DNA of 64,000 bases from Octopus vulgaris (Eukaryota), in the NCBI GenBank assembly GCA_951406725.2, contig OX597831.1:4526001-4590000 (forward strand). Reading direction: 5' to 3'. The notes below the pieces were generated by a model. It had not been told where the DNA came from. It saw only the letters and a program-made list of their open reading frames with translations, and ran no database searches. Below, piece after piece: positions 1 to 12,628 of the stretch. How positions within the stretch are numbered: position 1 is the first letter of the stretch; each line of letters starts with the position of its first letter. Both the position numbers and the translations under genes were made by a program.

Positions 1-240
1 CACACCATATTGTAGGTAAGAAAAAGAATAATAATGAATCCACGAGGTTGATCAACTCCGCACCCGATCGGATTTGAAGCATAAAATAAAATTAGAATAT
101 TTAACTTACTGCTATTACTAGCGGAAGTACTCCGTAAGATAATTTTGCGCGTATTTCAAAATATGCATGCGATCGGTGACATCGGATGACCAATATCCAT
201 CTTCACTTGCAAAAATATCTCGCCAGGTATAATTCAGACA

Positions 241-462
241 CAGACACAGACACAAACACACACACACACATATATATATATGCATATACATATATACGAC
301 GAGCTTCCTTCCGTTTCCGTCTATCAAATCCACTCACAAGGCTTTGGTCGGCCCGAGGCTATAGTAGAAGACTCTTGCCCAAGATGCCACGCAGTGGGAC
401 TGAACCCGGAACCATGTGTTTGGCAAGCAAGCTACTTACCACACAGCCACTCCTGCGCCTAT
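241..462 (-). mobile_element. SINE-A, 5' half (tRNA-derived head with CORE-like segment)
   Basis: Reverse complement reads ggcgcaggagtggctgtgtggtaagtagcttgc...ggttcagtcccactgcgtggcatcttgggcaag, with Pol III A/B-box-like motifs; many near-identical copies in the window. Confidence 0.85.
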
Positions 463-510
463 AGGGTTAAATTATTATTGATTTTACCTTATATAAAAAA
501 CAATATTTTT

Positions 511-874
511 TACTCTTTTACTTGTTTCAGTCATTTGAATGCGGCCATGCTGGAACACCGCCTTTAGTCGAACAAATCGACCCAGGGACTTATTCTTTGT
601 TAAGTCTAGTATTTATTCTATCGTTCTCTTTTGCCGAAACGTTAACTTACGGTGGTGGTGGGGACAAACACAGACACACAAACATATATATATATATAAA
701 TATATATCCGACGAGCTTCTTTTCAGTTTCCATCTACCAAAGCCACTCACAAAGCTTTGGTCAGCTCGAAGATAAAGTAGAAGACACTTGGCCTGGGTGC
801 CACGCAGTGGGACTGAACCCGGAACCATATGGTTGGGAAGCAAGGTTCTAACCACGCACCCACGCCTGCGCCTA
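511..874 (-). mobile_element. SINE-A, near full length
   Basis: Head at 874, internal TA/TG microsatellite, 3' tail ggcggtgttccagcatggccgca...tgactgaaacaagtaaaagag. Confidence 0.85.
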
Positions 875-1314
875 GTACAGTCGTATATAGTTGTATATAT
901 AGTATATAGTTGTACACACATCAAATTCTATAGCATATACACAATTATTTATGCACATAACCATATGCATATCAGTATAAGTATCCATCCATACATTTCT
1001 AGCATATCTACATATATATACATATATATACATACATTTCTAACGTGCATATATATTTAAGTAAATTAAAAGCTGTCCTGTGCAGGTGTTAAACTATAAT
1101 GCCTTTCGTTATTGGCCAGGTATTTTCACTATAAATACTCCAGTGTCTTCATAAAGGCTGCTATGCAAATGACGTCACAATCTCACCATTCATAGCTCGA
1201 ATCAATATGGCTGAAAAGACGGAAATGAATTGCCGGTGAGACAGCGCTTGTTGTTCATGAATAAAGAAATATACGATTTACATACACACACACGTGCTGA
1301 GCTGAGACCCCGTT

Positions 1315-1395
1315 CATACACATACATACACACATATATACATATGTATATATATATATATACACATACACACATATATATATATATATATATAC

Positions 1396-1463
<68 letters not shown>

Positions 1464-1492
1464 ATATATATATGTCTGTATATCTATATATG

Positions 1493-1554
<62 letters not shown>

Positions 1555-1822
1555 AGAATTCACAAAAGACACACATATACACATGTATATACATATATAT
1601 ATATACATACATACACATAGACATATGTATGTATGTATATATATATCCATGTACATATGTATGTATTTATGTATGTGTATTTATAAATGCGTGTTTATAT
1701 ATACATGTGTGTATGTGTTTGAGTGTGTATATACTGTATATATATATACATATAAATGTGTGTGTGTATGTATATATCTATATGTATCTGTCTCTCCCCC
1801 CCTCTCTCTCTCTCTCTTTATT

Positions 1823-1870
<48 letters not shown>
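1315..1870. repeat. Compound (TA)n/(TACA)n/(TG)n microsatellite
   Basis: Directly visible di- and tetranucleotide runs. Confidence 0.95.
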
Positions 1871-1899
1871 TACTGAATTGCAGTAGGTTATTAGAGGTC

Positions 1900-2130
1900 A
1901 GGATGATGGTATTGATAGTGGTGGTGGTGGTAGTGGATGGGTCGTGTGAATGGCAATGATGATGATGGCGGTGTTGTTGACGGTGATGGTGTTCGTGATG
2001 ATGGCGGTGACGATAGTGATGATATTCATGATAGCAGTGTTGATGGTGATGATGATGTTGATGACGACGACGACGATGATGATGATGATGATGGATGATG
2101 GTGATGACGATGATAATGATATAATGATTT
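1900..2130. repeat. Degenerate (GAT/GGT)n trinucleotide low-complexity tract
   Basis: gatgatgat/ggtggt runs. Confidence 0.9.
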
Positions 2131-2142
2131 GTATGTTAGCAT

Positions 2143-2552
2143 ATTCTTTTACTTGTTTCAGTCATTTGATTGTGGCCATACTGGAGCACCGCCTTTAGTC
2201 GAGCAAATCGACCTCAGGTCTTATTCTTTGTAAGCCAAGTACTTATTCTATTGGTCTCTGTTGCTGAACCGCTAAGTTACGAGGACGTAAACACACCAAT
2301 ATCGATTGTCAAGCGATGTTGGGGAACATACACAGACACACAAACATACACACACACGCACATACATATATATATATACATATATACGATGGGCTTCTTT
2401 CAGTTTCCGTCTACCAAATCCACTCACAAGGCTTTGGTGGGCCCAAGGTTATAGTAGAAGACACTTGCCCAAGGTGCCATGCAGTGGGACCGAACCCAGA
2501 ACCATGTGATTTGGAAGCAAGCTACTTACCACACAGCCACTCCTACGCTTAT
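2143..2552 (-). mobile_element. SINE-A, full length
   Basis: Colinear with the copies at 8550 and 18027. Confidence 0.9.
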
Positions 2553-3200
2553 AGTGTCTGTCTGTGTGCGATGATAATTAGATAAACTCTCATAAGACTT
2601 GTTATTGTTGTTGTTGTCGTCGGCGTAGTTGTTGTTGTTTAGCCACAGGATTCTAATTCTGGTTCTGATTCAACAGACCTATGCTCAATCAATTCGAATA
2701 GAAACCATCTCATCTTTGTTTCCATTCGATGGCTATTTGAGGATTTCTTTACCAGAATGTTCGTCCTGTGCTTTTAGCAATCAAACAATAATTTCAGAAA
2801 GATATGGCTTAGTGTTTGTAGCAGATGAAATGACTCCTTAGTGGTACACTTGTTGCCATGAATGGTGGCCGTATTTGGAGTTACCAGCGAGGTGCGACCT
2901 GCTGTTGTTTTTGTTGTGTTTATTGTTATGGTGTGGACTGAAAAAGTCCTTAAAGCGTCGGATTAAATGCTTAGCGGCATTTTTCCAGAAACAAATGCAA
3001 GAATAAGTGGCCACTAAATGCAAACATTAAAATATAGAATAGTGTTTGCTAGGTGTCCTTCCTTTTTAAGAGAGTAGAGAATTGTAACTGCTGTTTCAAG
3101 CCAGTGCAACAACCTTGATATTTTCTTTGCTCTTCTTGTGATTATATGCGTGTTTATGTATCTAAGTATATGTACCTGTGCGCATGGGGTCAGGTATATG

Positions 3201-3242
<42 letters not shown>

Positions 3243-3551
3243 TATATACATATTTATTCATGTATATTCATATATATATACACATATACATATATATACA
3301 TATTTAATAATGTATATTCATATATATATATGTATGTATATACTGTGTATATATACACATACATACACACATATATATATGCATACACACACACACACAC
3401 ATATATGCCTGTGTTTTATATGTTTATAGATATATGTATGTATTGTTATGTACATAAGTATGTGATTATGTATGAATGTACGGGCATGTGTATATGTATG
3501 CTTGTGTATATATATATATATATATATATATACATACATATATATATATAT

Positions 3552-3618
<67 letters not shown>

Positions 3619-3685
3619 TGGTGCTATTAAGTTAGACATGGCCTGGACCAATCTTTGGTCGAAACATATCTAAGTTTATCTAAGT

Positions 3686-3716
<31 letters not shown>

Positions 3717-4199
3717 AATATATATGGTGCGCACGTAGTTGTGGGGCTAAATGCGGCTGAATGTACGAATGAGTTAATATTTCACAGCGGAATAATAATA
3801 GAGGAACTAACAACAGTTTTTATAAGAGATTAAACAAAATAACAACAAGAAGAACAAGAACAGCGACAATACGAACAATACCCACAACCCCTTCTAGCTC
3901 CTATAACCCCTTTACACGAACGCAAGATGATTGAGCTTCAATCTCCGAACGAAGTTCTGCAAAAGTGATCTTTGCCAGAACTTAGTTGCAGGTTAGCTGA
4001 AGCGACGCTATCATTGGCACATTTAGTTCAAGTACTTTGCACGTCTGACAACGGCTAACATCAACTAAATATCAACTCACGCGTGTCCTATTATCTTATC
4101 CTCCTGCTTTCCCTGTCTCTTTGTCTCCCAGCAGTTATCCTTCCATAACTCGTTTTGACAGGCACCTGTGTTTGCTATTATGTATGCGTACCACTACAC

Positions 4200-4490
4200 A
4201 CGCACATACATACATACATACATACATACATACATACATACATACGTACATACATACATAAATACATACGTACGTACATACATACATACATACATGCATA
4301 CATACATACATACATACATACATACATGCATACATACATACATACATACAAATTCATATATAGATAGGTGAAGAAACATACATATATTTATACACACACA
4401 TACATATATACATAATTGCACATATATATTGGTATGTCTATATATAGACATATATGTGCATGTACGTGTGTGAATACGTACATACACACG

Positions 4491-4549
<59 letters not shown>

Positions 4550-4571
4550 TTATCTATCTATATATCCATCC

Positions 4572-4639
<68 letters not shown>

Positions 4640-4668
4640 GTCTGTCTATCTATCTATCTATATATCTA

Positions 4669-4725
<57 letters not shown>

Positions 4726-4745
4726 ATATATATATATATATATAT
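4200..4745. repeat. (CATA)n and (TATC)n microsatellites
   Basis: Directly visible. Confidence 0.95.
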
Positions 4746-5128
4746 AAAAACACATACGTTCACATACATGGTTGACATATTGCTTAGTACACATACACAC
4801 ACACACACACTGTCTCACATATACACGCTCTGTCATAAACACGCTTGCATTAAAGCACACAAATACTCGCACAATCACACACACACTGTATGCAAACACG
4901 CACATACATTTAACAACATACTCATATGCTAAAAAGAACAAAAAACAAAACAAAAAAAAAACGAAAGCCTCTGTCGAGTACTCTTTCGAAGAGCCCCGAG
5001 TTTGGTGAGAGACAAAGGAAGCCCTGAATAATGCTCATGGCCGAGAAGAGTGATAATTATACCCAACGATGCCTAGTAAATTCGATTACAGATAAGTTCA
5101 CCGCGAGGATGGTTTATCGGGATAATCT

Positions 5129-5515
5129 GGAAGCACTCCGTCGGTAACGACGATGAGGGTTCCGGTTGATCCGAATCAACGGAACAGCCTGCTCGTGAAA
5201 TTAACGTGTTTAAGTGGCTGAGCACTCCACAGGCACGTGCACCCTTAACGTAGTTCTCGGGGGATATTCAGCGTGACACAGAGAGTGACAAGGCCGGCCC
5301 CTTTGAAATACAGGTACAACAGAAACAGGAAGTAAGAGTGAGAGAAAGTTGTGGTGAAAGAGTACAGCAGGGATCACCACCATCCCCTGCCGGAGCATCG
5401 TGGAGCTTTTAGGTGTTTTCGCTCAATAAACACTCACAACGCCCGGTCTGGGAATCGAAACCGCGATCCTATGACCGCGTGTCCGCTGCCCTAACCACTG
5501 GGCCATTGCGCCTCC
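5129..5515 (-). mobile_element. SINE-C (tail X), full length with 13-bp TSD
   Basis: Head ggaggcgcaatggcccagtggttagggcagcggac...ggtttcgattccc; perfect direct repeat atcgggataatct at 5116-5128 and 5516-5528. Confidence 0.95.
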
Positions 5516-5606
5516 ATCGGGATAATCTATCCATAGTATCTCACCATTAAGAGTGAAAAACTATTTTATTGAAAAAACAAACATTATCACCATCGACGAG
5601 AAAATA

Positions 5607-5763
5607 GTGAATTTATGACGGCGAACTTCTCCTGCGGTGAATTGATGACAGTGGAATTTTCTCTGCAGTGAATTAATGATGGTGACCTTTCCTTGCTATG
5701 AGTTGATGATAGTGAACTTTCCTTGCAGGGAATTGATAATGGTGGACTTTCCCTGCGGTGAAT
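5607..5763 (+). repeat. ~30-bp minisatellite (gtgaattgatgacggtggactttccctgcg-like), 5 units, resuming at 6701-6736
   Basis: Five 30-31 bp units visible; the same motif reappears right after the SINE-B array. Confidence 0.85.
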
Positions 5764-6700
5764 CGCGAAATGCGTAGCCGTATTTCGTCTGCCGCCACGT
5801 TCTGAGTTCAAATTCCGCCGAGGTCGACTTTGCCTTTCATCCTTTCGGGGTCGATAAATTAAGTGCCAGTTACACACTGGGGTCGATGTAATCGACTTAA
5901 TCCGTTTGTCTGTCCTTGTTTGTCCCTTCTGTGTTTAGCCCCTTGTGGGTAATAAAGAAATAGGTATTTCGTATGCCGCTACGTTTTGAGTTCAAATTCC
6001 GCCGAGGTCGACTTTGCCTTTCATCCTTTCGGGGTCAATAAATTAAGTACCAGTAACGCACTGGGTCGATGTAATCGACTTAATCCGTTTGTCTGTCCTT
6101 GTTTGTCCCCTCTGTGTTTAGCCCCTTGTGGGTAGTAAAGAAATAGGTATTTCGTCTGCCGTTACATTCTAAGTTCAAATTCCGCCGAGGTCGACTTTGC
6201 CTTTGATCCTTTCGGGGTCGATAAATTAAGTACCAGTTACGCACTGGGGTCGATGTAATCGACTTAATCCGTTTGTCTGTCCTTGTTTGTCCCCTCTGTG
6301 TTTAGCCCCTTGTGGGTAGTAAAGAAATAGGTATTTCGTCTGCCGCTACGTTCTGAGTTCAAATTCCGCCGAGATCAACTTTGCCTTTCATCCTTTCGGG
6401 GTCGATAAATTAAGTACCAGTAACGCACTGGGGTCGATGTAATCGACTTAATCCGTTTGTCTGTCCTTGTTTGTCCCTTCTGTGTTTAGCCCCTTGTGGG
6501 TAGTAAAGAAATAGGTATTTCGTCTGCCGTTACATTCTGAGTTCAAATTCCGCCGAGGTCGACTTTACCTTTCATCCTTTCGGGGTCGATAAATTAAGTA
6601 CCAGTTACGCACTGGGGTCGATGTAATCGACTTAATCCGTTTGTCTGTCCTTGTTTGTCCCCTCTGTGTTTAGTCCCTTGTGGGTAGTAAAGAAATAGGT
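5764..6700 (+). repeat. Tandem array of five ~184-bp headless SINE-B units
   Basis: Unit starts (tatttcgt) at 5781, 5965, 6148, 6332, 6516; each carries gagttcaaattcc and gtcgactttgcctttcatcctttcggggtcgataaattaagtaccag (Nin/Deu-like domain). Confidence 0.95.
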
Positions 6701-7291
6701 AAACTTTCTCTTCAGTGAATTGATGACGGTGGACTTACCGGGCCTAGTTAAATTCACCTGAGAACCAGATGGTAGTAAATGTCAGGTCTGAAAATCTGCA
6801 ATGGAATATTATGTACACTCTGCCACCAATAAGATTCCAAGCACTTTCCGTCCACTCCACCAAACTGCATTCGCAGGGATTCCTCTTGAAGCACCTCTGC
6901 TTATTCCATTATTTAAAACAATTGATACTTTTTCAAACGTAGTAATGCCATTAGAATAGCAGAAATTGTAGGTGAATTACCATTAGAAGGGGGAAAGATT
7001 TGTCAACAAACAGTCATGGGACTCGAAGACACATCCTCCAGGTAATTTACAATTAAGCTAGACTGCCCGTTGACAAATTCATCCACCGTTTTAGACGCTA
7101 AATAGCTTTTTGGACAACAACGTGTTCATAAATATAAACAAACAAGATTAGAGGCATCGAAATGTGTCTTGTACGATACAAACAAGATGATAGTATTTTT
7201 ATTCCGAACGCAGTAGGATAGTAGATATTGTGGGTAAGTATTACCCTTTAAAGGCAGAAAAATTGTCAACCAACAGCCATGGGACTCGGAA

Positions 7292-7424
7292 CCAGCTGAG
7301 TGGACTGAAGCAACGTGAAATGAAGTGTTTTGCTCAACAATACAATGCGTTACCCGGTACAGGAATCGAAACTTCAATGTTACGGTCAAGGATCAGATAC
7401 CATAACCACTAAGCCACCCGTCTC
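7292..7424 (-). mobile_element. SINE-D head fragment
   Basis: Matches the head and Meta-like segment of 13575-13902. Confidence 0.7.
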
Positions 7425-7440
7425 CACACATGTGTATGTA

Positions 7441-7605
7441 TATCACCGTGACCGACCAGGCTATCAGATGTTGCTACACGCTGGCCTTCAAATGACGCCA
7501 CCCCGCTCGCGAAAGAGTACAGCAGGGATCGCCACCACCCCCTGCCGGAGCCTAGTGTTTTCGCTCAATAAACACTCACAACGCCCGAAGTGGGAATCGA
7601 AACTG

Positions 7606-7606
<1 letters not shown>
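7441..7606 (-). mobile_element. SINE-C with tail Y, internally deleted
   Basis: Pieces match 14553-14865 (atcaccgtgaccgaccaggctatcagatgttgctacac; cgctcaataaacactcacaacgccc). Confidence 0.75.
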
Positions 7607-7639
<33 letters not shown>

Positions 7640-7642
<3 letters not shown>

Positions 7643-7687
7643 TTCTAGTTTCAGCTCAGAGCTGCGGCCATGCTGATGCACCGCCGT
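7640..7687 (-). mobile_element. Extremely 5'-truncated CR1-like LINE tail
   Basis: Reverse complement ggcggtgcatcagcatggccgcagctctgagctgaaactag matches 30385-30428. Confidence 0.7.
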
Positions 7688-7806
7688 TTATATACATATA
7701 TACACATACATACACACATGTACTTATATAGATATATTTATGTATCATATTTTTTGTTTTATATAATACACATATATGTATGTGTGTGTGCGTTTGTGTG
7801 TGTGTA

Positions 7807-7848
<42 letters not shown>

Positions 7849-8078
7849 GGCGCATGCATGTATGTGTATATATGTATATATCAACACCCACTGAAATATA
7901 CTGACAGCTCAACATTGCAGCCACTTTAGCAGACGACACTGACATATAGAAATTTATATAAACAAACATACGTAACACACATAACACACACGCACATACG
8001 TACATACGTACATACGTACATTCACATGTGAGCCTATATACATATATATATATAAATGTGTCTGTGTGTCTGTGCGTG

Positions 8079-8145
<67 letters not shown>

Positions 8146-8549
8146 ATCTAAATGTGTATATATGTTTTTATTTATATTGGAAGGCTCATGACACGACACA
8201 TGTGATTATGTGTTTAGCTATATCCAGAAATTGTATGAATGCTATAAACCCGAGCTTTAATTCCTCTTCTACAGAATTTTTTTTTTTTAAATCCCTTCCA
8301 TACACTGAAATAATCTCCATTAGCGAGCAATTAACAGTCAATAAACGAGTCTTTATTTATGCCGTTAGTCCACGTGGAGATAGATTATACTTCATAGAAT
8401 ACAAGCAAACAGCGTTTTAACAACTTTTCAACAACCGGCTCTTGAAATTTTATAGTGTGTTACAGTCAATCACAGAGCGTTAACTTAACGTCTGTTAGAC
8501 CTGCCAACAGGTTTGGTATATTGCTATTTATATAGTTTATATACATATA

Positions 8550-8932
8550 GGCGCAGGAGTGGCCGTGTGGTAAGTAGCTTGCTTACTAACCACATGGTTC
8601 CGGGTTCAGTCCCACTGCGTGGTACCTTGGGCAAGTGTCTTCTACTATAGCCTCGGGCCGACCAAAGCCTTGTGAGTGGATTTGGTAGACTGAAACCGAA
8701 AGAAGCCCTATGTGTGTGTGTGTTTGTGTGTCTGTGTTTGTCCCCCCAACATCACTTGACAACCGATGCTGGTGTGTTTACGTTCCCGTAACTTAGCGGT
8801 TCGGCAAAAGAGACGGATAGAATAAGTACTAGTCTTACAAAGAAGAAGTCCTGGGGTCAATTTGCTCGACTAAAGGCGGTGTTCCAGCATGGCCACAGTC
8901 AAATGACTGAAACAAGTAAAAGAGTAAAGAGT
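8550..8932 (+). mobile_element. SINE-A, full length
   Basis: Runs from ggcgcaggagtggccgtgtggtaag to tgactgaaacaagtaaaagagtaaagag. Confidence 0.9.
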
Positions 8933-9059
8933 ATACGTGCTTACGTACACACACACACACACACATACATACATACATACATACATACATACATACACAC
9001 ATACATACATACACACATGCATACATACATACATACATACATACATACATACATACATG

Positions 9060-9352
9060 GGAGTACTCCGTCGGTTGCCACGACGTGAGTCTCAGCTGAT
9101 ACGATCAACGGAACAGCTTGCTCGTGAAATTAACGTGCAAGTGGCTGAGCACTCCACAAATACGTCTACCCTTAACGTTGTTCTCGGGGAGATTCTGAGT
9201 GACACAGAGTTTGACAAGTCTGGTCCTTTAAAGTACAGGTACTACTCAATTTTGCCAGCTGAGTGGTCTGGAGCAACGTGAAATAAAGTTTCTTGCTTAA
9301 GGACACAACGCGCCGCCGAGAATTGAACTAACCACTAAGCCACGCGCCTTCA
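9060..9352 (-). mobile_element. SINE-D (tail X)
   Basis: Head gtgaaggcgcgtggcttagtggttag; Meta-like ttgtgtccttaagcaagaaactttatttcacgttgctccag; tail X shared with SINE-C. Confidence 0.85.
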
Positions 9353-9400
9353 CACATACATGCATGCATACATACATACATACATACATACATACAAACA

Positions 9401-9432
<32 letters not shown>

Positions 9433-9434
9433 AA

Positions 9435-9755
9435 GGAATAAAAAAATGGGACAAGAACATAAAACATCCAGACAGTTAGATGATACAGAAAAGGGACAAG
9501 AAAATACAAGGACGGGTCATTAGGTGTTATCTTTCCTCAGTCGAGTTCCAGATTATCTTTGCGATTTCGGCTGGTCATACTCAAGATCTATCTGGAGGAT
9601 TCCTTGGAAGAAAGCAGCGAACGTATACGAAAACAAGGACGGGGGGAAAATACGGAGAAATGTTACACAAATACAAATGCAAATAATAGGACATTAAGAA
9701 CAGGTGTCTTTCGACTAAGGACGAATTAAATTAAGCTGGTGTGTGTGGAAGTATA
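9435..9755. repeat. Dispersed repeat family E (unclassified, possibly Penelope-derived)
   Basis: Homologous to 14162-14467 (opposite strand) and 29405-29745. Confidence 0.7.
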
Positions 9756-9759
9756 CATG

Positions 9760-10005
9760 CAAAAATAGCCTGTTGATGTTGAAAATCAAATGAAGGAGTC
9801 TTGGATAAGTTAGAAACCAGCTCTTTATTGGCAAGAAATCTTGAAATAAAACCGAATAACAACATACATACATACATACATACATACATACATACATACA
9901 AACAAAACACCCTGTTGTTGATGTTGAAATTCCAATGAAGGAACCTTGGATCTAGGTTAGAAACCGGTTTTTTCTGTATTGGAGAGAAATCTTGAAATAA
10001 ATTGA
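9760..10005 (-). repeat. Two copies of ~100-bp repeat family F separated by (CATA)n
   Basis: cctgttgatgttgaaaatcaaatgaaggagtcttggataagttagaaacc occurs twice; third copy at 25262-25361. Confidence 0.75.
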
Positions 10006-10059
10006 ATACATACATACATACATACATACATACATACAACTGCTTCGAAAAAGTCAGAC

Positions 10060-10206
10060 AGCTAGACAGACATACAGACAGAGAGACAGACCGGCAGATA
10101 GATAGATGGATAGATAGATAGATAGATCGATAGATAGAGAGATGGATAAGTAGAGTTATAAATCGATAGATAGATAGATCTACAGATAAATAGAGAGATG
10201 GATAAG

Positions 10207-10280
<74 letters not shown>

Positions 10281-10577
10281 TATAGATATACAGACAAACA
10301 GATAGACAGACAAACAGATAGACAGACAAACAGATAGACAGATTGGTAGGTAGATAGTTAGGTAGGTATGTAGGTAGGTAGGTAGGTAGGAAAGTAGGTA
10401 GGCAGGTAGGCATGTAGATAGCTAGATGGATATATAGATAGATAAATCGATAGATTAGATAGATCGGTAGATATATAGATAGGTAGACAGTAGATAGATA
10501 AATCAATAAATAGGTAGACAGAGAGATAACTAGAAAGTTAGGGAGATAGGTATACGGACATACATGGACACATACAC

Positions 10578-10648
<71 letters not shown>

Positions 10649-10660
10649 CAGATAGATAGA
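10060..10660. repeat. (GATA)n/(GACA)n/(GGTA)n microsatellite
   Basis: Directly visible. Confidence 0.95.
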
Positions 10661-11024
10661 CACGCTGACGAATAAATTTGACAGAAAGGTATTGAGAAAG
10701 ATATGCCCCAAATGGTTGAGGGTCACAATCAGCTACAGATAGAAAGAGGTAGAGAGGCAGACAAGCCGTATGGAGAAACAGCCAGAAAGATAGACAGATC
10801 GACCGACAGACAAACAGATTGAGAAACAGACGAACTGAGCAACAGGAAGTGATAGTGTCTTGGGCCGTAGCTGTCTGTCGAGGGTGTTTCTCTTTGTTGC
10901 AAAACGAAATGTGTGGTCGAAGAGTTATTTTATGTTTACAGTGAGATGACATTGCGATTTTCTACTCCGAGTCACACGGGTAAACACTGGCAAGAGGGAA
11001 AGTAAACAACCAGCAAGGAGCTGC

Positions 11025-11166
11025 ATCGCCGCCATCATAGCCGTCGTCGCCACCATCATAGCCGTCGTCGCCACCATCACCAGCGACACCATCGTCGTCG
11101 TCGTCGTCATCATCATCATCATCATCATCATCATCACGATCACCATCGTCGTCGTTGTCGTCGTCG

Positions 11167-11227
<61 letters not shown>

Positions 11228-11582
11228 TACCATCCTTATCTTCTCACCACTAGCACTACCACCACCATCATCATTACCATCGTCCCTATACACCTACCAT
11301 CATCACAGTCATCACCATCACCATCATCATCATCATCATAATCATCATCATCATCATCATTACCACCATCATGCCCATAAGTTATATGTCCACCACCATC
11401 ACACCCGCCACCGCCACTGCTACCACCCTCACCGCAACCGGCACCGTCGCCGCTGCGACCAACACCTACTCCACCTCCACCTCCACAACGAGGACGTCGA
11501 CGACGACGACCACCACCACCACCATCACAACCATCACCACAGCATCAATAACAGCAGCAACAACAACTACAATAACAACATC
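11025..11582. repeat. (CAT)n/(CGT)n/(CAC)n/(CAA)n low-complexity tract
   Basis: Directly visible. Confidence 0.9.
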
Positions 11583-11728
11583 AATGTCAATATTAAGAGA
11601 TTCTTCAACTGAATATATATTCAATACAAACGACAAATGTATTTTTTCCGGTCATTACCGTTGAAAGCATAACACTGGAGGGTGAGGGGCGGGGAAGCCA
11701 GGTGGATGAGTCTGCATATACATACATG

Positions 11729-11775
<47 letters not shown>

Positions 11776-11798
11776 TTATATATATATATATTTATATG

Positions 11799-11841
<43 letters not shown>

Positions 11842-12066
11842 GTATATACATACATATACACGTAGATATATATGTGTATATATATTTATATTTTTTAAAT
11901 TTTTCCTATATATATATATACACACACAAACATAAATATATACATGCATACATAGATATCTACATATATATGTATATGTCTATATATGTGTGAGTGTGAG
12001 TGTGTGTACATACACACAAACATTTATGTATATATATATATATATATATACTCACATATGATAAGA

Positions 12067-12098
<32 letters not shown>

Positions 12099-12150
12099 TA
12101 ATAATAATAATGATGATAATAATAATAATATATATATATATATATATATA

Positions 12151-12480
12151 TCTTTTACTTGTCCCAGTCATTTGACTGCGGCCATGCTGGGGCACCGCCT
12201 TGAAAGATTTTAGTCGAACAGATCGACCTTCGAACTTTTTTCAAACCAAGTACTTACTTTATCGGTCTCTTTTGCCGAAGTGCTAGATCACGGAGATGTA
12301 AACATACCAACACCGGTTATTAGGCGATGGAGACGGGGCAGACACAGCCATAAAGGCGCACGCACGCACACACACACACACACACATACATGTATATATG
12401 TATATATATATATGTATATATACACGGTGCGGTGAATAAACTGTCACCCTGCATATATGACGGGCTTCTTTCAGTTTCCG
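12151..12480 (-). mobile_element. SINE-A, 3' portion
   Basis: Tail and body match the family; head absent. Confidence 0.8.
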
Positions 12481-12628
12481 GCGTGCTGACCAGTCAAACA
12501 GCTCGCTGTCTTTACGATAATTATAATGACAACTACGTTGGTATTAACAAAACTATTTAAATGACAGCAGCAACCACAAGAACAACAATATTCATAACAC
12601 CACTATTCAAACAACAACAACAACAACA

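Noticed and set aside
5764-6700. CRISPR-like regular array
   Set aside because: Whole 184-bp units repeat with no unique spacers; eukaryotic SINE sequence and no cas genes
9510-9550. CUGANGA...GAAU...GUC pattern in repeat family E (also ~14350 and ~29480)
   Set aside because: GAAU instead of GAAA, and I could not form stems I and II consistently; a family alignment would be needed
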